From the NCBI RefSeq assembly GCF_009834535.1, contig NC_045698.1, positions 3,598,001-3,662,000 on the forward strand: DNA of 64,000 nucleotides, in the 5' to 3' direction. Source of the stretch: Camelus ferus (Eukaryota). Below are positions 10,454-22,395 of this stretch, in pieces (the first letter of the stretch is position 1; every line of letters starts with the position of its first letter). The position numbers and the translations under genes were made by a program. The notes below the pieces were generated by a model. That model saw only the letters and a program-made list of their open reading frames with translations. It searched no databases and had not been told where the DNA came from.

Positions 10454-13176
10454 GTCCCTTTGGGCAGAGCAGTCGTCCTAGAAAGTGGTTCTCCCACTGC
10501 TCAGAGGAGGACAGGTCGGATCTGAGGACCGCAGCCCAGTCAAAGGCCAGTGACCGAGGAATCCGGTTTCTCGCCTTGGGTTTCAGCCTCGGGCGCTAGT
10601 TTCCTCTGTGGCTCTGTAATCATCCACCCGCTTGGCGATCATGACACCTGACTTGAGACCTGCAGTGTCTCAACCTGGGGGTCTCAAGTTGAGACCCTGA
10701 CCTGCCAGGTTGCTGGTTGTCTCAGGTGAGCAGAGTCACTGGGTCGAGCAGAGATAGCACCAGGATGATGCTTTGCCTGGAACCAAACCCAGCTTTGCTC
10801 GGTGCAGAGATGAGGGACTGAAAACACAAGTTTGTGAAGTCAGAGCCCTGTTTTATCTCTGCACACACACTCAGACACGCAGATGCAACGAGTACTTGGC
10901 TGTGTATTTGAAATGAGGTTTTGTTCACAGCAATTCCTTTTAACTTTGTTTCAACTCAAAAAAATGCCTTTTTATTACATACTCCAGCAAGTCCTGTTTG
11001 CTAGTTTGCAGATGAGAACAGGATGGCTCTGGAGAGGGCAGAAGGACCCACGCGTACAGGGACAGCAGGGCAGGACACGGGGCCTCAGCCCCACACACGA
11101 CACACGGCTTCACTCACGCTCCGTTCAGTCTCCCCCAGGTGAGAAAATGCCTTCGCTTACCCCACTTGCCGGAGGCCCTGGCGCTGCCGGGAGCGGGGCA
11201 GCGGGGCCACACCCTCGGCGGTCCGAATCACTGAGGCCCCAGGTCTGCACCAGCTTCGCCAGGGGCAGCTTCTCCCCGGCTGGGTCCCAACATGGCCCGC
11301 ACCCTCGGTGTCCCCGCCCAGGCCCAGATTCCTTTCGGTTAGATTCCTCCTGCCCCGAGGCCCCCGTTGAGCATGAACACCAGTGTCTCGAGGCACAGAA
11401 AGGAGATGGGGTGATGTGCTTTGTCACTGATGCTACCGTTCATTCAGCATGCAGACACTACACACCAACTCTGCCCCTCAGGCTGGTGGCTGCGGGACAC
11501 CCTCAAGGTCTCCAGACTCACAACAACAAAGGCTCATGTCTGCCTCGTGTGCCTGGTGGCTGCCCCTCGCCTGTGGGTCTGCTCTGGGCGTTTTCTTCAA
11601 TCCCAAGTCAGCGCCCCATCCAGGCGATACGGTCCGGACGGCAGAGGGGAGCAGGGCAGCAGCTGCGGGTACTGGGGGCCGCCTCTAACCGCTTCTGCCC
11701 GAACAGGCCCCGGGTCACTCGCACTCATGCCCCACCATCCAGAGCAAGGCGCACAGCGAAACCAAGGTGGATGGGGCGGGGACCGGACCTCCTCCCCCAG
11801 GGAGGCCCCGGGCAGACAGCAGCGGTGGGTGTGCGCTGCAGATACTGAGAAGGGCGTGGCTACGTCAGAACGGCCACACCCTCCCACACCCTGCGCCACA
11901 CCTACTACTACATGCCACACGTGCCTCCACCCTCGCTGGAAACTAACGAAGGCCCCTTCCCTTCAGGCTGCTGCAGTGTGACGGTCCTTGTGTTAACACC
12001 TGCGTGATAGTGGCCAAGCCAGTTCCCCTCTCTGGCTGCTGGGTTTACTGTCCATAAAACAAAGCAATTAGATCTTTCAGGTTCCCTCAAAATTCTGGGA
12101 TGTCCTCCCTTCCATTTCCCCTGTCATTCAACGAATCCTTGACCAGAGTCATGAATCAGCCCTGAGCGCATCTCATCTGGTGTAATCTGGCCAGACAAAG
12201 GGCGGTCCCTGCTCTGCGGGAGAAGCAGATGGAAGGGCTCTGGGGAAGCTCTAAGGAGTGCTTGGCTGGAGCCTCCTGAAATCCGGACACCCACATGGAT
12301 GCATTCGCAGACCCCAGGATGGGCAGGGCGTTCTCCAGGGGCTGGTGGCTCGAGTCCAGACCAGTGTCCAGGGCGACGGGCCCACCTGGCAACAGAGGAA
12401 ACCAAAGGCCATGCTGAGGCCCCTCCTGCCAGGTCTGCAGCAGGAGCTGTCCCCGGGCCCACGTGCCACCTGGCAGAGGTCTGGCTGCCGTCCCAGTTTC
12501 CAGAGAGGAAACTTGAGCAGAGAGGCCCAAGGCTCCCACCTGAGTCACATCCAGCCATTAGTTCTTCTTCTGACCTTGGGTTTGATGGTTGGTCCTGGCA
12601 GCCGACTCCCAGCTGAGGGTCTGGGGTGGCTTCAGAAAGCACGAGAGCTGGAATGACCCCCACGCCCGGGCCCGGCGGCGGAGAGGTGAGCAGCCTGCCG
12701 GGAGCCTGAAGGCCGGGGAGCATGTCCTGCTGCTTTGTTTGCTTACCTGGCCGTCACCACCTTCTCAGGATGCCAGCCTCCCCAGGAAAACCGGCTCAGA
12801 CCATCGGGGTGCAGGTGCAGGCCGCCGCCTCCAGTTCATTTCACCGTGTGACTCTGTGCCACAGTGGGCCACTGCTCCCCCGTCCCCTCCAGGCGGAGCA
12901 CCAGGCCTTGCCACAGGGGCTGGAAGGTCAGAGCGCTGTCCACTCGGAGGAGGCCTCCTGCACGAGCCGATGGGGCCCTGCCTGTCCCAACACGATGCTG
13001 GGATCCAGGGCCTGACGGGAAATGGGCCGAATGCTTGTTTAGCATTAACTCTCTCCCCTGGTTTTTGAGTGCGCCCAACAGTTCTGGAATGTGCTGTATT
13101 TTGTCCCAGTCTGTAGCTTTCCAGGTTGTTCATAGACCCTTGGATTCCCTAAAACCCCCTCCTCCAACACATTGCT

Positions 13177-13365
13177 TGCTACGGACTAAACTGTATGTCC
13201 CCTCCTCCCACCAAATTCATATATTGAAACCCTAACCTCCGATGTGACCGTATGTGGAGACGGAGCCTGTGAGGGGATAATTAAGTTTAGATGGGGTCAT
13301 AGGGTGTGACCCTAATCCCATAGGACTGGTGTCCTCATAAGAAAAGAAAAAGGCACCAGAGAGCC
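13177..13365 (+). mobile_element. MLT1A-like MaLR LTR, 5' portion
   Basis: tgctacggactaaactgtatgtcccc...aaattcatatattgaaaccctaacctcc...taggactggtgtcctcataaga. Confidence 0.8.
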
Positions 13366-13367
13366 AT

Positions 13368-13403
<36 letters not shown>

Positions 13404-13425
13404 AAACACACACACGCACACACAC
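13368..13425. repeat. (CT)n-(CA)n compound microsatellite
   Basis: A ctctct... run followed directly by a cacaca... run. Confidence 0.9.
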
Positions 13426-14084
13426 TTGTCTGTACGTGTCAGGGTGGGGAAACGAGAGAATACTGTAAAATTTGCAAAAAACCAACCAAGTTATTTTTGA
13501 CTCTTTCCCTAATCTCAGAAAGAGATACAAAATCATTTTCTTATTCTTTCTGTCTTTTCACCTTTGCCTCAGATCAGTTCTGGGCAAATCTGAATGAAGA
13601 AAGACGGCAGGAAGGAAAACAAGAAAACTCGTGGGATCTTTAGAGACTCACGGCCAAGCAGGCATTACGGTTCACGTTGGACGTTTCATCAGGACGGAGC
13701 AGCCCGAGCGAACAGTTTGAAAGCAAACACACACGACTGTTCTGTGATCCTCATAGCAGAGCACAGAGTGTGAGGACTGCCTCCAACACGGGGAGTGCTC
13801 TTCAGTTTTGTGGGAAATGAAGCCACAGTAAATTAACAGAAAGGGTCATCTCAGCATCAGTCCTTCTCCGGCCGCTCCGTCCACAGCAGGAGGGGCTCCT
13901 CTGCCGTCATTACCGTTTACAGGAGCCCCTTTCTTCCGCCTGCAGGTGGAGGTCAGCCTCCACGCTTGCCCGAGGCCTGGGGCCCACGCACTCTGGGCTT
14001 TCTGACGGGTTCCAGCCTCAGACACTGTTTAATCTGTCAGCCCTCCCTGTGTGCTCATGGCTCTCCCAGCTCAGGGAGGAAGAA

Positions 14085-14117
<33 letters not shown>

Positions 14118-14639
14118 TTTTTGGAAAGACTATAGGATTGAGCTGCAGATCAAGGGAACCAGGGTGCAAGGCTGCATGTGGGTTACGTCAGCCCTGTGTC
14201 TGGTGGGTCACGGGGTTGCAAGGCCTCGGTGTGCAGGGCCACTCGAGGGCCTGCAAGAGGCTTCCAGCCCTGGCCCGGATGGGGTCCCGTCTTAGACTCC
14301 GAGTTAGAGGGCAGTCTTTCTGCCATGTCCCCTACATAATTGTTCAGCCTGTTTCCCCCATTTTCACCATGGTAACATGGTGATTTTGGAAGCTGAGTTC
14401 ACCTTAATATTTTTGCCTACTGTAGGTCCAACTGAGTCAAAGTTGTAGAAAAACCAAACCCCATTGTGATTCCACGTGGGTCCTCCGGGAAGGTCCTGGG
14501 CCTCCTCGAGTGCTCAGCCACAGGGCTCCCCGCACCTCTGTTGTTCTCCGGGGTCACCTCTCGGGAACGCACAGCCCGTCCATGGTCTCTGCCTTATCTC
14601 CAGCCTTGGAAACTTTCTCCCTCCAGTCTCCATCTGAGT

Positions 14640-14963
14640 CCATCTAGGTGGCCATCACAGGACACCATGGGCCGGGGCTTCTATCTCAGCTCTAGGTGCT
14701 GGGAAGTCCAAGGTCAAAGTGCAAGCAGATCTGGTGTCTCGCCTCCCGGCTTGCAGACAGCCTCCTGGCCGTGTCCTCACCTGGCAGAGAGGGCGCCGGC
14801 CTCTTCCTCTTCTTGAAAGGACCCTAATTCCTCCAAGGGAACTGCACCCTCTTAACCTCATTCAAAGTCACCTCCCAAAGTGTCCCCACCCCACTACCAG
14901 CACACAGAGGATCTAGACCCCACATATGAACTAGGTGGGGGCACAGACACTCAGTCCACAGCA
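14640..14963 (-). mobile_element. MLT1A-like MaLR LTR
   Basis: gctgggaagtccaaggtcaa...gcagatctggtgtct...tgtcctcacctggcagag...cagacactcagtccacagca. Confidence 0.7.
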
Positions 14964-17156
14964 GCCCCTGAGACGTGTCCCCCCAGGGGTCCGGGCAGAA
15001 CTGCCAACACGTCATGCCAAACACGCGCCCGAGGACCCCTCCCCGCCCCCTCCAACACCACTGCTTCTCTGGGAAGCCACCTCTCACCTCAGTCACCCAC
15101 TGGTACTTCTGGGGGGTCCCCCAAACACACTCTCTCCTGTCCTCTCACACAGAACAAGCCACTTTAACCTTCAGTTGGACTATCCTCAGACCTGCCTGAC
15201 TCAGAGATGCACGCATTCACAGAGGAAGTGGTTTCCGTGACCACAGAGCTCCTTCCTCAGTAACTTCCTTACACATTTTACAAATATCATAAATGGACAA
15301 ATTTGTACCAAGTGGAAGAACAAACTATCTTCCAAAGAGATTCTAATTCTCTTGCAAGTTTGTATAGGGGGCGGGGGGCAGGGGGGTTGGTTGGGGAATC
15401 ACTGAGGAAAGAGATATGTGCTTTGAGACTAGTGTTCTGTCAGCGAAACAGCAGGTGCAGGTGGATAACGAATACTAGCTATTTAATAAAGATGAGCTGA
15501 AATTAAACGGAATCACCCAAATTATGAATCCGTGCCGACAAAGCTTTGTGAGGAGAAGGCATCGCATGGGTAGCTGTGTGCTGGGTCCTGCTTCCTCTTG
15601 AAAAGTGAATACATAAGAGATATGAAAAAGCTTTGAAAAGGCGAAGCCCTACAAAATGTAAGACACAGTTATGACAGAGTCCGCACGCCCCAGGCATGAC
15701 TCATCACCACGTTAAACAGCAGTCTTTGTGTGCGCAGCTCCAATCTCGCTGAGTCTCTCCTCGGTGGTGTCTCCTGACAAAGGGAAACACAGCCACTCAC
15801 AGAGACACCTGTCCCTCTCCCCTCCTCGACCGCACCATCTCACTGCCCAGGGCTCGCTGCACAGTGAATGTGACAAGGAGACGCTAGTGTTCTTTCGTAA
15901 CACAGAGATAAGCTACAAGTAAAGAAAAACCTGCTTTCCCTGCAGGTTGCTGTCAGCCACTGTGCGCCGGGGTCTCCGTCCACAGGAGACATTCTTTCGT
16001 GGACCTCAGATCAGGGCCCGTGAAGCAAGTGTGCACACACCCTTCAGTGCTCGGCAGTCTGTCTGGCATGCCAGGACCACAAAGCTTGCGGTCACAAAGC
16101 CCAGGAAACTCTTCCTTCCAGGAATCTACCCCAATTCTTTCTTCTGTTTCCCTTCCTTTCAGCCCTTTCTCCCCACCCAAAGTCATGTAAGAAATTCAAG
16201 CTTTCAAATTTCAGCTGTGAGGTTAGATAACATTGCCCCCAAAATCACCAGAGGTTCAATGAGCTTTTAGATAAACCCATCCAGTCCAGTTCATCACTAA
16301 CTCCATCTGAGCTCCCACGGTTAACTAGTGTGTATGATCCACCCCTGTCCTGAGCTGCTTTCTGATCTTATTGTGGAATAAGTGTCACGAACGTAAAGCA
16401 AAGAGCATCCGGCGTAAGAGGGAGAAGAGAGAAACACCGAGCTGAGCACGTGCAGGTTAAAGCTGTGGTGCCCACACTGAGTTTGGGGTGAGGGAAGAAA
16501 AGGAGCCACTTATCAGATCAGGGGGGAAATGCTGGGGTCTGGAGCAAAGGTTTGAGACCCTCCAAGCTGATGCCACAACGTGAGCAAAAGAAGCCAAATA
16601 TGAAAAGTGCCGGTAACTGCCGGAAACAGGCACAGGGCTGTGCGCGCAGCTGGAAGGGAGGCGGAGAGGGGTGGACGGAGGCGGGGCTGGAACTGGCTTC
16701 AGCGGCAAAGTCCAACTCTTGCCCCATCATCCAGCGAGGGTCCGATGGTTCAGGGAGCTGAGTCCTGTGACGTAGGTGGGACCACAAGGGAGAAGTCCAT
16801 TCTCGATGTGGTGCAGGACTGCACGGAACGGGCCATCAGTGAGAAAGCGAGGAGTGAGTTACGGGAAGCAGAGGACGGACGCACCGAGGACAAGATGAAC
16901 CGCCACCCCTGCTGAGCACCCGGGACAGCGCTGCGGGAGGACGAGGGGAGGGTTCGGGCAGCCCCGCTCGTCTCATCACGGGGGACCCAGGGCTGCTGCA
17001 CGGACCACTGATCTGACCCTTTTTCTTCTGGAATCTTAATTCTCCTGCATTGCTTATGTGACTGATGGTTTCTCAAGAAGTACTAAATGAAATTTCTGGG
17101 ATTTTTCTTTAAGCTGATAATGACTTTGTTATTTTGTTTTGTTTTGTTTTAAGAGT

Positions 17157-17350
17157 CAGGGTTTCCCAAAGTAGATGCCACTGCATTCACTGGGGACAGG
17201 ATAAATCTGTACTGTGAGTGATGGTTCTGCCCATTGTGGGATTTAGTGCCATGTGCCCTGGCCCCAAATGAACGCCAGCCTTGCCCCTCATTGGTGCTGA
17301 CAAACAGAAATGCTCCACACATTCCCAGGGCTCCTGGGGTGGGGGCGTCA
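17157..17350 (-). mobile_element. MER20-like hAT DNA transposon fossil
   Basis: cagggtttcccaaa...ggacaggataaatct...tgacaaacagaaatgctccacacattcccag matches the reverse complement of the MER20 layout. Diverged. Confidence 0.55.
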
Positions 17351-18514
17351 TTCTGCTAAGGGCAGATGCAAGCATGGCTAACACGAGCCTGCCCTGAGCT
17401 CAGGCGCCCACTTCCAGCCCAGGGGGCTCCATTCTCATCCATTCAGAGAAAAGGGGAGAGGGGTGCAGGGAAATAAATAAGTAATTACACTTCAGTAATG
17501 AAAGTATGTAAAATGCCAAGTCCAGAAGCCCCACAGGTGACAGAGGAGGCCTGGAGCGGCTTCACCACAGGAAAGACTGGAATTGAGTTTTAAATGGCAA
17601 ATTGGAGACTGGAGTTTCAGGAGTGGCACAACATGCAAAAGGGCATAGGGTCACTGTAAAATATGTGTTTCCTTACACAAGACACACTGGAGGGTTTTTT
17701 AAGCACTTAGCATGTGTCTATTTTCAAATTATTTGAACATAACAGTTAAAATCAACCAAAATATTAAGAGACACTGTCCAGTGGAAATCACCAGAAATGA
17801 CTCTGATGGAATTCTGAAGTTAGAAAAAAGTCAGATCATAGATTTTAAAATTTTTAATTTACATTAAAATTTCAACCAAGACAGTTCAATGGAGAAGAGC
17901 AGTCTTTTCAACAAACGGTGCTGGGACAAGAGACAGACAGATGCAGAAGAACGAAGTTCAACCCCTACCTCACATCATATACAAAGACTAACTCAAAATG
18001 GATCAAACACCTGCACATAAGAGCTAAAACTATAAAACGTTTAGAAGATATTAATCTGTATGATCTTAGATTTGGCAATAGTTTCTTAGATATAACACAA
18101 AAAGCACAAGCAATCAAAGGAAAGAAATAAATAAATTAGATGTCATCAAATTTATAAGCATTCTTTACATCAAAGAACATTATCAAGAAAGTGAAAAAGC
18201 AACTCAAAGAATGGGAGAAAGTATTTTCAATTCGTATATTGAAAAAGGTCTAATATTTAGAATATATAAGAAACTCTAAGCAATTCAACTACTTAACAAT
18301 AAAAATACAAATGAATCCATTTAAAAATCAGTAAAGAATTTGAAAAGATTCCAAGCAAAATATACAGATGGCCAATAAGCCCATAAAAAGATGTTAAGTA
18401 TCAATAGTCATCAGGGAAATGAAAATCAAAACCATAATGAGACAGTACATCTCACTCACTAGAGTGGCTACTATGATTTAAAAAAACAAAAAGAAAGAAA
18501 GAAAGAAAAAAGAA

Positions 18515-18810
18515 AAGAAAGAAATAAACATAGACATAGAATACAACCTTGTGGTTGCCAAGGGGAAGGCAGGTGGGAAGGGACAGGCTGGGAGTTCAAA
18601 ATCTGTAGATACTGACAGGCATATGCAGAACAGATAAACAAGATCATATGGTATAGCACAGGGAAATGTATACAAGATCTTGTGGTAGCTCACAGCAAAA
18701 AAAAAGTGACAATGAATATATGTGTGTTCATGTATAACTGAAAAATTGTGCTCTACACTGGAATCTGACACAACATTGTGAAATGTCTATAACTCAATAA
18801 AAAATGTTAA
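18515..18810 (+). mobile_element. Young lineage-specific L1 3' UTR fragment (5'-truncated)
   Basis: cttgtggttgccaagggg...gtatagcacagggaaat...ctataactcaataaaaaatgttaa. Close reverse-complement match to 58060-58360. Confidence 0.85.
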
Positions 18811-19043
<233 letters not shown>

Positions 19044-19183
19044 CAAAATACCCAGTGATGGGGAGGATGTAGAGAAATTAGAACCCTGCGATCTTGCTGG
19101 TGGGGATATCTAGTTTCAGCCACTAAGAAAAACCCCTGGGCCTGGGCGTTTCCTCAAAAAGTTAAACATGGAATTGCCATGCA

Positions 19184-19270
19184 GGGGAGGGAAGACTTAG
19201 CTCCGGGGTGGAGCGCGGGGTTGGCAGGCACGAGGTCCTGGGTTCGATTCCCAGTACCTCCATTAAAAAA
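19184..19270 (+). mobile_element. tRNA-derived SINE, Vic-1-like (camelid)
   Basis: GGGGAGGG...TTAGCTC (A box), GAGGTCCTGGGTTCGATTCCCAGTACCTCCA (B box) and an A tail. Flanked by an imperfect 12-bp TSD: aattgccatgca / aattactgtgca. Confidence 0.8.
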
Positions 19271-21287
19271 AATTACTGTGCATTCCAGTGACTTCACTCC
19301 CAGGTAAATCCCTGAGAAAACTCACTCACACAACAACCCGTGCGCCCGCGTTCACAGTGACACTACTCGTCACACCCACACCCTGACGAGGGGGGCGCAC
19401 ACATCGGAGCTTGTGAGGGGAACCTTCAGTTCTCTCCCCGTGGAGCAATCTGCTAGGAGCCTAATGCTCAGAACCCTCTTACAAAAAGCCAAGGAAACAC
19501 TGCTTTCATCAGGCAGGGAAATCCCGAGCCCGGCTGGAGCCTCGCGCCGCTGTCCCGGCGTCAGGCTCCCGGGGCTGCACCGGGATGCGGGACTCAGGCG
19601 CGGTCCTGCTGACCGGCTGCCCTCCGCGCTCCTCGCCGGCCTCTGAGAGCCGCGGCTCGCACTGGCTTGGCTCTCAGCCGCAGGAGGAGCTGCCCCACAG
19701 CCCAGGGGGAGCTGGGCACCCATGTTCCCTCACTGATTTTGGCAAACCCGGGGCCTGGAGGAGACTGGTCCAGCTTCCCCTTTACCTTTCCTGGGACGCA
19801 CCTGTCGGCCACTTCCCAGGACTGCGTTTAGGACGCAAGGGCAAACCCACGACCGCGTGTCTTTGCTTCTCAGAGATGCTTACCCATTTCAAGGACTGGG
19901 GGCCGCTTTCTGTTTTAATCACTGTGTTTTGTGATTAACCCCAAACTGCTCACAAGGAGTGTCTAAACAGTCCAAATTTGTGCAACAATCTCCATCCTGC
20001 GTCTTCAGTGTGTGTTAATACAACTTGTAGTAGAGTTGGTTAAGTTTGGCAGCATCACCCTGGACTCCCCTCTCCCCTGGAAGGATCTGAGGCCAGAAGC
20101 AAAGAGCAGGGTCTCCAGAGAGCCCAGTCCTTGGCCTGCGGGTGAGGAATGCAGGCAGCCTCTCATGGGCAAGTAAGTGGGGAAGGCGATGACTCTGTTG
20201 GCGCCCTGAGGCACAATCTACAATGATGGGACATTGCAAGGAGGTTGTAATTAGTGAGGAGGGAACCCCGTGAAGGCTGATCCCACACACCAGCGGACTT
20301 CCCCTAGACCTCCCAGCACACTGTGTCCCGGGGACAGGCCTGGCCTCCCCGAGCCGGTCGCATCCCCCGTACATGTGTTTCCTCTTAGTGTGACTCATCG
20401 CGATGAGTCAGCTTTCACACGGCGTAGGGCTCCCTCACACCCCAGACGGCCGACGGGTCACCCCGGCCTTTATTTTTGTCTTAATGGATTTATCTTCACT
20501 GATTTATCTTCAAGTATCTAAAAATCACTTGCAGATGGAATCCGTCTTCCCTACCACCTGCCTGAGGGCTGGTCAGGCCGAGACATCCCCAGGGTGCCGG
20601 CGCGGTGCTCACAGAAACGGGCCCCTCCGTCTTTCTCAACACAGTCGCCCCTTCAGACTGACAGGGGAGTGTATTTCGAGGAACGCTAGCCATTCTGCAG
20701 AACTGGAAGCTGAATCTGACATCTCAGAGCACATAATGAGTCCGTGGACCGCAGAGACACCCCGTGACTGCAAGCATCCCTGCAGTGCAGGCAGTGGCAG
20801 AACCATTCGGACGCCTGCCTACCCACGACACATACACAAGAAGAGGAGCCACCACCGCAAACCGCTCGCCGACAGAACGCGACCTGCACTGGGGAGGGCG
20901 CTGGGAGCAGAAGAGGGCGGGTGGAGGCTCCCTGTTTGCTGCTCAGTTAGTCAAAGGCTGGGATCAGCCAGCAGGCCCGGGACCCGCAGCCGGGCTGGGC
21001 CTGCAGCTCACACTGGGTGAGGCTCTCTTGGTCGGAGCTTGGACCCCTGGAGAGCTGGGCCGGGCCCATCTCCGCTCTGTCCCCTGCCTCCCAGGATGTG
21101 TTGGCCACCGGGTCACTGGTTCAGCTGAGCATATGCACCCGCCCATCCCCCGTAACACCCCACAACATGTTTATATGTTTTTTTGGCTGAAATGTTTGAT
21201 GATCCAAAGCTTTGGCCTTTAAATGTGACTCCCACTGTCTTCTTCACTAACGGCTCATGCATGCGATTTGCCTTCTTTCTCTTAGCT

Positions 21288-22395
21288 TTTTTTTTTTTAA
21301 AATTAAGGCGTGATTGACACATGATAAAATATACCATTTTAGTGTGTACCATTTAGTGATTTTTTTTTTTTTTAGTACATTCACAAAGCTGGGCAACCAT
21401 CACTGCTGTCTAATTCCAAAACATTTTTATCATCCCCCAAAGAAACCACATTATTCACAGTCAGGTCCTCAGCCTCTGGCAACCACTAATTCCCTTTCTG
21501 TCCTCATGACTCTGACTACAGGTCACGTGAAAGGAATCTTACACTGTGTGGCCACTGCATCTGACCTCTTGCACTCCGCGTAACGTTCTCACCCTCCTTG
21601 TAACCTGCCTCACTGCTTCGTTCCTTTTCGTTGCAGTTAATAGAAATACCACCTTTTGTTTATCCGTTCATTGGTTGACGGAGATTTGAGTTGTCTCCAT
21701 TTTTTATTTCTATGAGTACTACGACTATGAACAACTGTGCACAAGTCTTTGCGTGGAGATATGTCTTCATTTCTCTTGGATTTCTAGCTAGGAATAGAAT
21801 AGCTCGGCCATACAGTTACCCTGCGTGTAACATTTTGAGGAACTGCCAAATTGTTTTCCAAAGAAATTGCACCACTTTGCCAGCCCCCCAGTACTGTGTA
21901 ATAGCTCATGTTCTCCACGTCCTCCCTGGCACTTTTGTCACTTTCTGTCTTTTTGTACATCGGCCAGACCGATGGATGTGCTGTGGTGTCTCATGGTTTT
22001 GATCTGTGTGATCTGCATTTTCTGATGACTAATGATGTTGAGTACCTTTGCATATGCCAGGGGAACATCTGTCCATGTTCTTGGGGTAAATGAACACAAG
22101 CCCTGCGCCCCTTTTCAGTTCAGTGTCTTTGCATTATTGAGTTCTTTATACCCTGTGGATCAGTGTCTCATCAGATACATCATTTCTAAATGTTTTCCCC
22201 TGTTCTGTGGGTTGTCTTTTCACTTCCTCGATTGTGTCCTTTGAAAAAACAAAAGTTAATTTTTTATAAAATCCAATTGATCTATTTTTTAAAGATGTCA
22301 TTGTTTGTGCTATTGGTGTCCTATCAAAGAAATTAACTAATTCAAGGTGATAGAAATTCATGCTTATGTGTTCTTCCAAGAGCTGAACTTTCTTT
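21288..22395 (-). mobile_element. L1MB-like 3' end and ORF2 remnant
   Basis: Begins with poly-T, then tttagtacattcacaaagctgggcaaccatcac, tttgaggaactgccaaattgttttcca, tgatgactaatgatgttgag and tgtgggttgtcttttcacttc. Confidence 0.85.

Noticed and set aside
10883..11848. Longest ORF in the track (321 aa)
   Set aside because: Low-complexity P/G/R/S-rich translation with no recognisable domain and no supporting splice structure. Expected by chance in GC-rich DNA.
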